Positions 29,619-40,914 of a stretch of 57,097 nt of DNA are shown piece by piece. The position numbers and the translations under genes are program-made. This DNA comes from Coleofasciculus sp. B1-GNL1-01 (GTDB taxonomy: Bacteria; Cyanobacteriota; Cyanobacteriia; Cyanobacteriales; Coleofasciculaceae), in assembly GCA_040220235.1 (NCBI GenBank), contig JAVJTO010000122.1; one strand, written 5' to 3'. A model generated the notes under the pieces. The model was not told the origin of the DNA and did not search any database. It saw only the letters and a program-made list of their open reading frames with translations. Each line of letters begins with the position of its first letter. Within the stretch, counting starts at the first letter, position 1.

Positions 29619-29721
29619 TGTTAACGGTTGAGATTAGGGAACAGGGAACAGGGAACAGTAAGGGTTTGAGGGTGATTTACTTGCACTTAATACAGTACTG
29701 TTTTTTTTGTCCGACTACTTA
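29619..29721. repeat. Partial copy of the MITE at 54642-54759
   Basis: GTTAACGGTTGAGATTAGGGAACAG...TGTCCGACTACTTA is near-identical to that copy. Confidence 0.8.
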
Positions 29722-29850
29722 GTGTAGTGAATAACGACAAAAGTTTTTGAACAAACGCTCTACACTTAAAGAGACGTTGCCAGCAACGTCTCTACTCACA
29801 TTGTTTACTGATAGGTTAATCTCTTTCTCAAGGTAGATGTTTTGAATGGT

Positions 29851-30633
29851 TTAACCGGATTTGTGTTGTTTTGAATATTGTCGTTTAAACAATGCTCCAA
29901 AACCTAGGGCTGTAGCCGAACCAAGTAGAGTCAAGGGTTCAGGTACGGGTGTGGATGGAGTAGAAAACCCCTCAATTTTTAACTCGACTCGAGAACGAGC
30001 TTGTGCTTGGTTAGGGTTAGGTGCGCCATCCAACCAACTCATCCTAGCAATACCAGAAAGAGTGCTAATTTGGGTATCGCTAGAAAAATAGTTTTTGGTG
30101 ATATTTTGATTTCCCTGTGTTTCAGGTGCAACAGCGGAACTCGACACTGGATCAATATCAATTCCGTTAATTGCATCGACTTGCAAAAACATTTCAGTAC
30201 CCGGAGCCACTTTTCCCTTTTCGATTTCGGTTTGTGATCGAGTCCAGAGGTAGAATCCATTAAAGGATGTTGCTGGTGGAGTCGCTTGGTAATATGAAAT
30301 AGTTTGATCTTGAATGGTAAAGGAAACCGTATTTCCATCCCAATCTAACGTCCAGGGAACCTCTTCCTGGTTTTGCCATTCCCATTGCAATTGGTCTTTT
30401 GGTATCGGAAAATTATCTTCTCCGATGCCAAACTCCCAGTCACCTGATCCTTTAGCACCAGCTCTGCCATCCAATGTCCAGTTCAAGTTAGTCCAACCAT
30501 TGGGAGTAGGGTCTCCCTCCTGGACAAAGTTTACGTTGACCGCAGATGCTGGTTGGGATAGCACGCCAAAACTAATGACAGATGCTCCTACAGCTAAACT
30601 TGTGGTAATCAGCTTGTTGCGTATTAAATTCAT
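29851..30633 (-). CDS. Secreted PEP-CTERM protein (choice-of-anchor W-like)
   Basis: Signal peptide ending PASA; C-terminal VPEP + TM + KR; ATG 30633 behind GGAGG. Confidence 0.85.
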   Translation of the reverse strand: MNLIRNKLITTSLAVGASVISFGVLSQPASAVNVNFVQEGDPTPNGWTNLNWTLDGRAGAKGSGDWEFGIGEDNFPIPKDQLQWEWQNQEEVPWTLDWDGNTVSFTIQDQTISYYQATPPATSFNGFYLWTRSQTEIEKGKVAPGTEMFLQVDAINGIDIDPVSSSAVAPETQGNQNITKNYFSSDTQISTLSGIARMSWLDGAPNPNQAQARSRVELKIEGFSTPSTPVPEPLTLLGSATALGFGALFKRQYSKQHKSG

Positions 30634-30894
30634 GGCAACCTCCAAGTAATGTGGAGATTATTTTTATATCTACTGCCAAGTAGTTTAATTCTTTGAGCAG
30701 AGTTAATTCGGAAATGTTATACTAAAATATATCATTATACTTTTCTTAGTGAACTGCATATTTTCTTAATGATTAGCTTAGGTACACAGTCAAAAAATGT
30801 TAATAAATTATAAGTTATAAGTGTCATGCTACTACTGGCGTGGCATCGCTAAAATTGTGGAAGAGATTTTACGGTTTTGAGAGGCGCAAGCCTT

Positions 30895-31000
30895 CATTGG
30901 TGTCAACTTAAGCTCTTGCCAAAACGCAATACTTTGACACAACCCCTCCCTAACCCTCCCCTGATCAAGGGGAGGGAACGTTTCCTCCTTAGTAAGGGGA
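30895..31000. repeat. Repeat/MITE fragment CATTGGTGTCAACTTA...CCCTCCCC hairpin; second copy at ~48440-48550 (inverted)
   Basis: Direct sequence similarity between the two loci. Confidence 0.7.
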
Positions 31001-31027
31001 GAATGAGGAGAGGGGAGCAAGAACTGC

Positions 31028-32755
31028 CTAATACTTGCGTTCTTGGGGTTCAAATCGGGTCATCGCCACCGATTTATACTGCAAATCAATTCCGGCTGAG
31101 GAATAGTACGCCAAGGTATGCTTTAAGAAGTTGGTATCATCCCGTTGGGGATAATCCTCGCGAGAATGGGCACCGCGACTTTCTTGGCGATTCAAGGCAG
31201 AGGTGAGAATAATTTCCCCAACTACCATGAGATTCCGTAGTTCCAACGCCTCGATTAATTCTGTGTTCCAGCAGCTTCCTTTGTCATCTAAATAGATATC
31301 TTGATACTGCTGTTTCAACTGTTGCAGTTGATTCAATCCTTCCTGCATTAATGCCTCGGTGCGGAAGACGCCACAGTATTGAGTCATGCAGTCTTGGAAG
31401 TTTTGACGCAGTTGACCGATGCGTAGGCTTCCGGATTGACTGAGCAAGGCATTGATTTTATTTTGAGCAGCATTGAGGTAGAGTTGTTCATCAATGTCAG
31501 GTAATTTGCGGTTTTGAATATATTGCGCGATCGCAGCCCCGGTTCGTCTGCCGTAAACCACGCATTCTAGCAGGGAATTACTCCCCAAGCGATTGGCACC
31601 GTGAACTGAGACACAAGCCGATTCCCCAGCCGCAAAAAATCCATCAACCAATCCATCGGGTCCACTTCGTACCTGTCCATCGGTATTGACGGGAATGCCA
31701 CCCATGGAATAATGGGCGGTAGGACGCACGGGCATGGGTTCATATACCGCATCAACGCCGACGAGTCGGTGGGCTTCTTCCCAACAGAAGGGAATACGAC
31801 TCATAATCTTTTCTTTACCCATGTGTCGCAAGTCCAGATAGACACATGGACCGCCAGGATTTCCATCTGGATGAACCCCTCGACCCGCACGAATTTCTAA
31901 TGCGATCGCGCGTGAGGTAATATCTCGTGGGGCGAGTTCCATTTTACTGGGGGCATAATTTGCCATGAAGCGATCGCCTTCGCTATTAATCAGATACGCT
32001 CCTTCACCTCGTACCGCTTCGGAAATTAACACGCCCACAGGATACAACCCGGTTGGATGAAACTGGACAAACTCCATATCCTCCAACGGTACCCCCGCTA
32101 ACGCGGACATGGCTAAACCATCCCCCGTTGAGGCAAAATCATTGGAGGTGGTATTAAACACCCGTCCATAGCCCCCGGTGGCAAACATCACCGCCTTTGC
32201 CCGTACCACTTGCAGGTGAGTCGTCAGGAGGTTGAACATCACCACCCCTTTTGCCTGCCCGTCTTCCAAAATCAGCCGCATGACGTACCATTCTTCGTAC
32301 ACTGTCACGTCGTTCTTGCGGAGATTACTTACCAGTTCATGCAGAATCGCATGACCCGTTTTATCGGCAGCATAGCAGGTACGGCGATGGGAATGACCCC
32401 CAAAGGCACGTTGGGCAATGCGACCATCAGGTAAGCGGGAAAAGAGTACCCCCAAATGTTCTAAATCAATCACCACATCGGGGGCTTCGCGGGTAAGAAT
32501 TTCCACCGCATCTTGATCCGCCAGATAATCAGAACCCTTAACCGTATCAAAAGCGTGGGCTTCCCAGGTATCCTCAGCATCCACATTTTTCAGCGTCGCC
32601 GCCATCCCTCCTTGCGCTGCAACGGAGTGGGAACGAATCGGATGGGTTTTGGCAACCAGTGCCACATTCAGCTTCGGATCAGTGCGTTTAATTTCCAACG
32701 CCGCCCGACACCCGGCTAAACCACCGCCGACAATAATGACATCGTGTTCTCGCAT
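31028..32755 (-). CDS. sdhA: Succinate dehydrogenase flavoprotein subunit
   Basis: GGGLAG, RSHSVAAQGG, QFHPTG, HYSMGG, HGANRLGSNSL and ESRGAH motifs. Confidence 0.96.
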   Translation of the reverse strand: MREHDVIIVGGGLAGCRAALEIKRTDPKLNVALVAKTHPIRSHSVAAQGGMAATLKNVDAEDTWEAHAFDTVKGSDYLADQDAVEILTREAPDVVIDLEHLGVLFSRLPDGRIAQRAFGGHSHRRTCYAADKTGHAILHELVSNLRKNDVTVYEEWYVMRLILEDGQAKGVVMFNLLTTHLQVVRAKAVMFATGGYGRVFNTTSNDFASTGDGLAMSALAGVPLEDMEFVQFHPTGLYPVGVLISEAVRGEGAYLINSEGDRFMANYAPSKMELAPRDITSRAIALEIRAGRGVHPDGNPGGPCVYLDLRHMGKEKIMSRIPFCWEEAHRLVGVDAVYEPMPVRPTAHYSMGGIPVNTDGQVRSGPDGLVDGFFAAGESACVSVHGANRLGSNSLLECVVYGRRTGAAIAQYIQNRKLPDIDEQLYLNAAQNKINALLSQSGSLRIGQLRQNFQDCMTQYCGVFRTEALMQEGLNQLQQLKQQYQDIYLDDKGSCWNTELIEALELRNLMVVGEIILTSALNRQESRGAHSREDYPQRDDTNFLKHTLAYYSSAGIDLQYKSVAMTRFEPQERKY

Positions 32756-32799
32756 CTCAACTCGATTGAATTTCTGCTGTTATCCATATTGACTGATTA

Positions 32800-32832
32800 C
32801 AAAAATTCCCTACCAAAAGGCAGGGAACTTTT
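32800..32832 (-). terminator. Intrinsic terminator-like hairpin
   Basis: TTCCCTGCC-TTTT-GGTAGGGAA followed by a T run on the minus strand. Confidence 0.55.
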
Positions 32833-32992
32833 TAGATTTCCGATAAATTAGCGGTACTTATGCAGTTGGGCAGAAAAAACTGAACAGCTAACATCTCCCC
32901 CAGCTCCCAGACGTGCCATGGCACGTCTGGAACATTGCTCCCTCTGTTTCATCGTATCTACGAAGCTGCTCAAGTATTTTTGCCGCGCTGCA

Positions 32993-33319
32993 CTAGCTCG
33001 TTGCCTGAGCAGGTTGGGATGCACTGCGACTGCTGTGATCGGCAGCCGTTGTTTCCTGCTCCTCCATGGCTAAGATTTCAATATGATTGAGCAATGTGGT
33101 CACAAAGGCAAAGAGTAAAAAGGGTAAGGATAAGACCAAGACTAATCCCACCGTTGCCAACGCATAAATTTGGCGATCGGCACTCCACAGCGCTAGTGCA
33201 GAGGCAAGACTTATGAAAATGACGATTAACCACACAATGACTTGTCCATAGATATCGCCAAAACTCAGCGTGCAGATCAAGCGATATTTGTTAAATTGTT
33301 CCATCATTAACCTCGACAC
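32993..33319 (-). CDS. Conserved cyanobacterial two-TM hypothetical protein
   Basis: CTLSFGDIYGQ..VWLIV...LSLPFLLFAFVTTL.NHI. Confidence 0.75.
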   Translation of the reverse strand: MSRLMMEQFNKYRLICTLSFGDIYGQVIVWLIVIFISLASALALWSADRQIYALATVGLVLVLSLPFLLFAFVTTLLNHIEILAMEEQETTAADHSSRSASQPAQATS

Positions 33320-33525
33320 ATTTCTTTAAGTTCCAAGGATAAGACCAGATTTAAGGTTTGGTGCATTTCGCAACATATTTTTAAATTGGTCGCAACATCT
33401 GTTTACAATGTGTTGCAATGTGTGACATTGGTCATTGGTTAGGGAACAGCTACATGCCCGACACCCGACACTCCACACCCCACACCCAGTCTAATGTCAG
33501 TTTTCTGCGGCAGACAGATCCAGAC

Positions 33526-34035
33526 TTATACTGAACTGAGGGTAACGCGATCGCGTCCTTGCTGTTTCGATAGATAAAGGGCTTGATTTGCCGCCATAAT
33601 CAAGGCATCAATGTCAGTATGGGGGTCAACCAGACTTGACACACCTAAACTAACGGTTACCACGGGCGCGGGTAAATTTAACGTGTCAGGCGGTTTAAAT
33701 TCAATGGCAAGGGATTTGATTTTCTCTCGCATCTTTTCTGCTACTTGAAAAGCTCCCATAGCATTAGTATGCGGTAAAAGAATCGCAAATTCTTCTCCCC
33801 CATAACGTGCCACGACATCTGTTGTCCGTTTGACACAACTACGTAGGCAATCAGCAATGCGTCGCAAACACTCATCTCCCGCCGCGATTCCATAGATTTT
33901 GTTGTAGGTTTGGAAACAATCAATATCACACAAAATCAAGGATAGAGGAGACTGTTCGACATTTAAATGATGCCACTCTTGTTCAAGTTGTTGGTCAAAA
34001 TAACGGCGATTAGCCAGCTTGGTTAGAGTATCCAT
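33526..34035 (-). CDS. Stand-alone GGDEF diguanylate cyclase domain
   Basis: DTLTKLANRR, DID.F, GDECL, RxxD (RTTD) and GGEEF motifs; in-frame stop just upstream of the ATG. Confidence 0.85.
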   Translation of the reverse strand: MDTLTKLANRRYFDQQLEQEWHHLNVEQSPLSLILCDIDCFQTYNKIYGIAAGDECLRRIADCLRSCVKRTTDVVARYGGEEFAILLPHTNAMGAFQVAEKMREKIKSLAIEFKPPDTLNLPAPVVTVSLGVSSLVDPHTDIDALIMAANQALYLSKQQGRDRVTLSSV

Positions 34036-34161
34036 ATTGTAGAAGTGATAAAGTTATAAGTTTGTTGTTCTGAATGACCACACTGTATTGATAAAAAATA
34101 TATAGCTAGTCTAGATGAAATTTAACTTTAATTGTCCCCACCTACTTAGACACCTGCGGTT

Positions 34162-37100
34162 TTAAGGGTTGCTAAGGTTGTCACAAATTTTTTTGTGCTG
34201 TTCCTTAACTTTGACATTTGTCCGCAGATAGTCCTCCACCCAATCACAACCAAATGCCCACACCTGATCAAGATTAACAACTCGCTCTAAATCCCACAAA
34301 ATTACGCTTTTGTCTACACTAGCAGAGGCAAGGGTGCGACCATCGGGACTAAAGGTCACATCATAGACGCGATCGCTATGGGCTTCTAAGGTGACTAAAA
34401 GCTTACCATCATTACGCCACAGCTTCACCGTCTTATCCAAACTCGCAGACGCCAGAAATCGCCCATCGGGACTAAATGCAATACTGTTGACGCGATCGCG
34501 ATGCCCGTCTAGGGTGGCTAGTAATGTACCATCCCTTGTCCAAAGTTTAATCGTATTGTCCCAACTCGCAGATGCAAGGCGTTGACTATCGGGACTAAAG
34601 GCTAAGGCACGAATACTATCATCATGTCCGGTTAAAGTGTTCAACAATGTACCATCCCGTTGCCAAAGTTTAATCGTTTTATCTTTACTTCCAGAGGCGA
34701 GCAATTGACCATCTGGGCTAAATACCACGTCATACACTACATCACGATGTTGGGTTAAGGTTTTGAGTAATTTACCCTCTCGCGTCCAAAGTTTGACGGT
34801 ATTATCGCTACTAGCAGAGGCAAGTAACTGACCCTCTGGGCTAAATTCTACACCGTAAATGCTGTTGCTATGTCCCCGTAACCTGTTTAATAAAGTCCCA
34901 TCACCCTGCCAAATTTTAATCGTTTTATCTACACTCGCTGAGGCGATGATTAGCTCATTGCTTGGCAGTGATTCAATGATTTCGCTATTGCCTTGATTCT
35001 CTTGTTTCTGCTTCACCATGCCATTTTCAGAGGGTAAATTAGCCTGCACTGGGGGAGCAACAGCAACATCAAACACGGCTTCATCATGCCCCTTAAAAGA
35101 CGCCAACACCTGACCATCACGTCGCCAGAGTTGTATCACACCATCCCAACTTCCAGAAACCAGAGTTTGACTATCTGGACTAAAGTCAACATCCCAAACC
35201 GCATCCTGATGTCCTTGGAGAAACGTTAACAAGGTTTTTTCCGGCGTCCAAAGTGTAATAGTACTATCCAAACTCGCAGACGCCAACATTTGACCATCTG
35301 GGCTAAATGCCACCGCCCAGAGTCCATTTTGATGCCCTTTCAAAACACTGAGTTCAGTTCCATCTGTTTGCCAAAGTCTAACGGTTTGATCCCAACTCGC
35401 AGAAGCAAGGGTTTGACCATCGGGACTAAATGCTAAACCAAAAACTCCATCCGTATGTCCGGCTAACGTTCTCAATAATATCCCATCACGTTGCCAAAGT
35501 TTGACTGTTCCATCTGTCGAACTTGAAGCCACAACTTGACCATTGGGACTAAAATGTACATAATTTACCCCACTCTCATGACCTTTGATAGTTTTGATCA
35601 ACATACCATTATTTGTCCAAATTTTAACGGTGTTATCCCAACTGGCAGAGGCAAAGTATTGACCATCTGGACTAAAGGATACACCGCGAACTTCTGCGTT
35701 ATGTTCTTTGATAATTCTAGAAATAAAGCATTTTTGGGGATTGTTGATTTTTGATTGTTGACCATTTATCGTCTGTAGAGGCGGACTAATGCAAGTCCGA
35801 TTAATTGTCCAAAGTCTTATTGTTTGATCATCACTACCAGACACTAACGTGAGACCATCAGGACTAAAAGTGACACTATTAACTTGATTTTCATGCCCAT
35901 TCAGTGTGGTAATTAACCTGCCATCGCGCCGCCAGAGTTTTACCGTTTTATCCTTACTTGCCGAAGCAATGAGTTGACTATCTGGGCTAAACGCTACGCT
36001 TTTTATTGTATCGCTGTGTGCTTGAATTGTGGTTAACAACGTTCCATCATATTGCCAAAGTTTAATGGTTTTATCGTCACCGACTGAGGCAATCATTGAA
36101 CCATCAGGACTAAATTCTACATCATGAACTTGCTGGTGATGACCAGAGAGGCGATTATGTTCTCTGACACCATACACTGTCTTTCGTAGCACTTTTTCAA
36201 CCGATTTTTTTGTCTGGGTATCCACTCGACCTAATGCCTGTAATTTATGTTTGGCTCGCAGGGCGGTGATTAATGCGTCTAGTCGTTGCTCTAGGGCAAA
36301 TAGTGATTCTGAAGAGGTCGTAATTGCTTCAATTTCACTAATGGCTAACTTGCGGTTTTGCACCAGAATTGCCCCAGCCAATCCACTGACGATCACCAAC
36401 ATTGCCACAAAGGTTGCTAATAGTAATCGCTGTTTTTTCGCTATCTGACGTTCAGCGGCGAGTCTGGCTTCCACTTCCTTGATGCGTTCGGCTTCTATCT
36501 GTTGTTGTACTTCATTGCGATCGCAGGTTTGGCTGGCGGCTAAGAATTGATAGTCTAAGTCACTCAAACTTTTGCCCTGAGACCAAGCTTGGGCATCTTT
36601 TAAAGCTTGTCCCCGCAAGAGTCGTGATGAATCAGCAAATTGAGATTCCACCCAAGCTGCCAAGGTTTGAGAGTAAGGACGCAGATGGTTTAATTGTTTT
36701 TCAACCCAGTCCCGGTTAAAAACGGCTGGATAAATGCGATTTTTTACCGTTAATAGTCCTTGTTCTTTGACGACTAAACCTGATAATAATAATTCCGTTT
36801 GCTCTCGACTATCATCGGCTTCGATGTCAATCTCCTGTAAAATTTGTTGATAAATGCCCAGTAATCTACCCGCTCGTGCTTCGTTTCTCAACAGGCGATC
36901 GCGAACGGTACGGAGGTGTTCTGGTTCATCCTGAGACTCCCAATGCTGAATGATGCGATCGCGTACCACGGATTCTACCCAAAAGGCTTCAGTACCGGGC
37001 GGAATTTTTAGATCATCACTAACTGTCTTTTGCGCCACGTCTAGCACAAGTTTACATAGCTTTTGGGTTAAAAAAGGTTGCCCTCCTGTCCAGGCTAATA

Positions 37101-37809
37101 TTTCTTTGAGAATGGCTTCAGGGTTAGCAAATTCTTGGCTGAATCCTTGGGCTAAAGGTTGGGCTTCATCCAGTTTAAAGCCGTGGAGTTCGATGGCTTT
37201 GCCAATATTAAATGGAGTGCGCTTTTTGTCGGCAATTAAATCGCTGGGTGTAGCGACACCGAAAATGGCAAAGGTGAGGCGATTGTAGTTAGAGTCTAGA
37301 GTTCGTTGGTTATAACAAAAGCGAATTAGGGCAAAAAAGTCATCAATAGGAAAATCTAAACTTAAAATACTATCAATTTCATCTAAAAATAGAATGATAT
37401 TTTGATCGGGAAATTGACGTAAAAGTATTTCACTGACAAATTTATTAAATCGCTGGGGTAACGAAATATCCTCTTGCTCTTGCCACCATTTTTTTAAGTT
37501 AACCGTTTTAAACAGTTTAAATTTGCGAGTTAAATCTAGGACTAATCCCTTATACCACTGATTTGGCGTAATCGTTTCCGAACCAATCATAGTCATATCA
37601 ACCGTGGCGCATTGAAACCCCTCTTGTTGCAAGCGATGGTGGGTTTTAACTAATAGAGACGATTTCCCCATTTGCCGACAGTTAAGAACATAGCAAAACT
37701 CACCCTGTTTTAGCGAGTGATAAAGTTCGCGATCGGCTTGTCGTTGAACATAGGTGGGAGCATCTTTGTGTAGACTCCCACCGACTTGATAAAGGGAAGT
37801 GTTTGTCAT
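34162..37809 (-). CDS. AAA_35 (STAND-like) ATPase + TM + ~14 WD40 repeats
   Basis: [33 protein letters not shown]; repeated GH...FSPDG...ASAS.D.T.KLW. Confidence 0.9.
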   Translation of the reverse strand: MTNTSLYQVGGSLHKDAPTYVQRQADRELYHSLKQGEFCYVLNCRQMGKSSLLVKTHHRLQQEGFQCATVDMTMIGSETITPNQWYKGLVLDLTRKFKLFKTVNLKKWWQEQEDISLPQRFNKFVSEILLRQFPDQNIILFLDEIDSILSLDFPIDDFFALIRFCYNQRTLDSNYNRLTFAIFGVATPSDLIADKKRTPFNIGKAIELHGFKLDEAQPLAQGFSQEFANPEAILKEILAWTGGQPFLTQKLCKLVLDVAQKTVSDDLKIPPGTEAFWVESVVRDRIIQHWESQDEPEHLRTVRDRLLRNEARAGRLLGIYQQILQEIDIEADDSREQTELLLSGLVVKEQGLLTVKNRIYPAVFNRDWVEKQLNHLRPYSQTLAAWVESQFADSSRLLRGQALKDAQAWSQGKSLSDLDYQFLAASQTCDRNEVQQQIEAERIKEVEARLAAERQIAKKQRLLLATFVAMLVIVSGLAGAILVQNRKLAISEIEAITTSSESLFALEQRLDALITALRAKHKLQALGRVDTQTKKSVEKVLRKTVYGVREHNRLSGHHQQVHDVEFSPDGSMIASVGDDKTIKLWQYDGTLLTTIQAHSDTIKSVAFSPDSQLIASASKDKTVKLWRRDGRLITTLNGHENQVNSVTFSPDGLTLVSGSDDQTIRLWTINRTCISPPLQTINGQQSKINNPQKCFISRIIKEHNAEVRGVSFSPDGQYFASASWDNTVKIWTNNGMLIKTIKGHESGVNYVHFSPNGQVVASSSTDGTVKLWQRDGILLRTLAGHTDGVFGLAFSPDGQTLASASWDQTVRLWQTDGTELSVLKGHQNGLWAVAFSPDGQMLASASLDSTITLWTPEKTLLTFLQGHQDAVWDVDFSPDSQTLVSGSWDGVIQLWRRDGQVLASFKGHDEAVFDVAVAPPVQANLPSENGMVKQKQENQGNSEIIESLPSNELIIASASVDKTIKIWQGDGTLLNRLRGHSNSIYGVEFSPEGQLLASASSDNTVKLWTREGKLLKTLTQHRDVVYDVVFSPDGQLLASGSKDKTIKLWQRDGTLLNTLTGHDDSIRALAFSPDSQRLASASWDNTIKLWTRDGTLLATLDGHRDRVNSIAFSPDGRFLASASLDKTVKLWRNDGKLLVTLEAHSDRVYDVTFSPDGRTLASASVDKSVILWDLERVVNLDQVWAFGCDWVEDYLRTNVKVKEQHKKICDNLSNP

Positions 37810-37953
37810 TTGTCAAAACACTGATTTCACGGATTTATTGGAGAGATAGGGGTAGGGAGGTGAGAGCTTATTGACACTGATTACACAGACAAGGAAAGTT
37901 CTCTCATCTTCCATATCTCCCCCATCTTACCCATCTCCCCCTCGGCAAAATCA

Positions 37954-38008
37954 ATCCCGACAAAAAAGGTCGGGTATGTTTGACGGTGGTTTTGGGCTGT
38001 GATACTAT
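37954..38008 (+). promoter_or_regulatory. sigma70-type promoter of thrC-moaD with adjacent Rrf2/IscR-like dyad
   Basis: TTGACG (37980)-N17-TACTAT (38003) with extended TG; dyad CCCGAC-N7-GTCGGG within 37954-37977. Confidence 0.65.
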
Positions 38009-38044
38009 CAGCAAAACAGTGACGAATAAGAGAGAGACCACATC

Positions 38045-39349
38045 ATGACCCAGGCAACTACCCCCCATATCTCCAGCACCTCTGCCACATTCAAGAACCT
38101 CACCTGTAAAGAATGTGGTGCTGAGTATGAACTCCAAGCCACCCACGTTTGCGAGTTCTGCTTCGGTCCGTTGGAAGTCACCTACAACTACGACGCCCTG
38201 CGCCAACACGTTAGTCGGGAGAAAATTCAGTCAGGTCCGAATTCAATTTGGCGCTATCGTTCCTTCTTACCCGTAGCTACCGATAATCCTATTGATGTGG
38301 GGACAGGGATGACACCTCTCGTCAAATCCCATCGCCTCGCCCGCCGCCTGGGTCTAAAAAATCTTTATATTAAAAATGATGCTGTAAACATGCCCACCTT
38401 GAGTTTCAAGGATCGGGTGGTATCTGTAGCCCTCACTAGAGCTAGAGAATTAGGATTTTCTACCGTATCTTGTGCAAGTACCGGAAACTTAGCCAATTCT
38501 ACCGCTGCGATCGCGGCACATGCTGGCTTAGATTGTTGTGTATTTATCCCGGCTGACTTAGAAGCGGGGAAAGTCTTAGGTACATTAATCTACAACCCTA
38601 CCGTAATGGCGGTGCAAGGCAATTATGATCAGGTCAACCGCCTCTGTTGTGAGGTTGCCAATACCCATGGTTGGGGATTTGTCAACATTAACTTGCGTCC
38701 TTATTATTCAGAAGGCTCAAAAACTCTGGGCTTTGAAGTCGCCGAACAACTGGGTTGGCAGCTACCGGATCATATTGTGTCGCCCTTGGCTTCCGGTTCT
38801 CTGTTCACAAAAATTTATAAAGGCTTCCAAGAGTTTGTCAAAACTGGTTTAGTGGCGGATAAAGCGGTGCGCTTCAGTGGCGCACAAGCTGAAGGCTGTT
38901 CTCCCATTGCCCAAGCCTTCCGGGAAGGACGGGATTTCGTCACTCCGGTAAAACCGAGTACAATTGCTAAATCGATCGCGATCGGAAATCCTGCTGATGG
39001 GATTTATGCCCTAGAGATCGCCCAGAAAACCAACGGTAATATTGAATCCGTCACCGACGCCGAAATCATCGAAGGGATGAAACTGCTGGCGGAAACCGAA
39101 GGAATCTTTACTGAAACTGCTGGCGGTACAACAATTGCCGTTCTCAAGAAATTAGTGGAAGCTGGAAAAATTAACCCCGATGAAACCACTGTTGCCTATA
39201 TCACCGGGAATGGACTCAAAACCCAAGAAGCAGTTCAAGGCTATATTGGTGAACCCCTCACCATTGAACCCAAATTAGACAGTTTTGAGCGAGCATTAGA
39301 ACGGGCGCACACCCTTGACCGTTTGGAATGGCAACAAGTTTTGGTTTAA
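38045..39349 (+). CDS. thrC: Threonine synthase-family PLP enzyme
   Basis: N-terminal CxxC..CxxC, PTLSFKDR, ASTGN, EGSKT and TGNGLK motifs. Confidence 0.88.
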   Translation: MTQATTPHISSTSATFKNLTCKECGAEYELQATHVCEFCFGPLEVTYNYDALRQHVSREKIQSGPNSIWRYRSFLPVATDNPIDVGTGMTPLVKSHRLARRLGLKNLYIKNDAVNMPTLSFKDRVVSVALTRARELGFSTVSCASTGNLANSTAAIAAHAGLDCCVFIPADLEAGKVLGTLIYNPTVMAVQGNYDQVNRLCCEVANTHGWGFVNINLRPYYSEGSKTLGFEVAEQLGWQLPDHIVSPLASGSLFTKIYKGFQEFVKTGLVADKAVRFSGAQAEGCSPIAQAFREGRDFVTPVKPSTIAKSIAIGNPADGIYALEIAQKTNGNIESVTDAEIIEGMKLLAETEGIFTETAGGTTIAVLKKLVEAGKINPDETTVAYITGNGLKTQEAVQGYIGEPLTIEPKLDSFERALERAHTLDRLEWQQVLV

Positions 39350-39636
39350 TACGTTGACAACCCTCACCCCCAGCCCCTCTCCCAAGCTTGGGAGAGGGGA
39401 GTAATACCAAATCCGACGACAGGAACCCCTTTATCCCTTAGCCAATGAAAGCCTGTTGCCTTGTCTCTACTCATGAAGGGGGTAGTTAACCCGGCTTGGG
39501 TAGAAGAAGGGAGGCAAAAAGTGCGAGTACACAGCCCAAAAGCTGACCAGTATTGCTTATCACCTTAAGTTGTTTCCCTATATCTCTACTTGGAAACATC
39601 TCGAACATCTACCCATTAATCACTGATTCCAAATCT

Positions 39637-39912
39637 ATGGCTGTAAAAGTTTTAATTCCTACCACCCTCCAGAAATTCACCAACGATAAAGCAATGATTG
39701 AATGCAGCGCTGGCAATGTTGCTGAACTTTTGGACTCTCTCGAAATTAATTGTCCTGGGATTAAAGCACGCTTGTGTGATGATCAAGGGAAGCCGCGCCG
39801 CTTTTTAAACTTCTACGTCAATAGCGAAGATATTCGCTTTCTCGATGGCACCAATACCCAACTCAGCGATGGCGATGAAGTCAGTATTGTCCCTGCTGTG
39901 GCTGGTGGTTAA
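39637..39912 (+). CDS. MoaD/ThiS/CysO-family sulfur carrier
   Basis: Ubiquitin-like fold ending VPAVAGG; start at ATG 39637. Confidence 0.92.
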   Translation: MAVKVLIPTTLQKFTNDKAMIECSAGNVAELLDSLEINCPGIKARLCDDQGKPRRFLNFYVNSEDIRFLDGTNTQLSDGDEVSIVPAVAGG

Positions 39913-39958
39913 TCTCAACGAGAAAAACACTACGAATTTGGTGTAGAGACGTAGCATG

Positions 39959-40882
39959 CTACGTCTCTACATGCGTAAGAAACCGTTCCAATGCTTCGCG
40001 ACTTGGTAGCGAAGGTTGCGCCCCGGCTTGAGTCACCGAAATTGCCCCGGCTGCTGCGCCCCAAACAACGGCTTGTTGTATCGATAATCCCTCCGCCAAC
40101 GCCACTGCTAACGCGCCATTAAACGCATCACCCGCCGCCGTGGTATCAACAACTTGAACTGGAAAGGCTGGCACAAAAAAGCGTTCAGATGGAGTGCTAC
40201 AGTAAACACCTTGATTCCCCAATGTCAGAATTACAGTCTTCACACCTCGTTGCTGAAGGATAGGCGCGGCTTTCTGGGCTGTTTCCAGATTATCCACAGC
40301 AAAACCCACAAGTTGACTGGCTTCTATCTGATTGGGAGTGATAATATCAACCAGGGTGTAGAGTTCGGGTGGAATATTCTGGGCAGGTGCTGGATCGAGA
40401 ATAACCGGAACCCCTGCATCCTGGGCAGTTCTAGCCGCTTCAACCACGGTAATTAGGGGAATTTCTAACTGCATCAGTAGGGCGTTGGCTTCTCTTAAGA
40501 GGGGTTTGAGGCGTTCCACATCAGTTTGATTGAGTTGTCCATTTGCACCTGCGGTAATCACAATCTGATTTTCGCCTGTTTCATCTACCAAAATTACGGC
40601 TACACCAGAACTCGCTGAAGTATCCCGTACAATTTGATCTGTCTGCACGCCTGCGGCTTGTAAATTTGCCAGCAATTGAGGCGCAAACCCATCATCACCC
40701 AAGCGCCCAACCAAGTGAGTCATCATTCCCAGTCTGGCGGCGGCGACAGCCTGATTTGCCCCTTTCCCCCCAGAAGCGGTAAAAAACTCAGATCCGTTCA
40801 CCGTTTCACCTGCGACGGGTAAGCGGGGAGTTTTGGTGACTAAATCGATATTGATGCTACCGAAAACCAGGATAGAGTTCAT
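39959..40882 (-). CDS. rbsK: Ribokinase
   Basis: GSINID, GGKGANQA, PNQIEA and VDTTAAGDAF motifs. Confidence 0.93.
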   Translation of the reverse strand: MNSILVFGSINIDLVTKTPRLPVAGETVNGSEFFTASGGKGANQAVAAARLGMMTHLVGRLGDDGFAPQLLANLQAAGVQTDQIVRDTSASSGVAVILVDETGENQIVITAGANGQLNQTDVERLKPLLREANALLMQLEIPLITVVEAARTAQDAGVPVILDPAPAQNIPPELYTLVDIITPNQIEASQLVGFAVDNLETAQKAAPILQQRGVKTVILTLGNQGVYCSTPSERFFVPAFPVQVVDTTAAGDAFNGALAVALAEGLSIQQAVVWGAAAGAISVTQAGAQPSLPSREALERFLTHVET

Positions 40883-40914
40883 GGTAAAACATAAGAACGC
40901 AACTTCAGAGTAGC

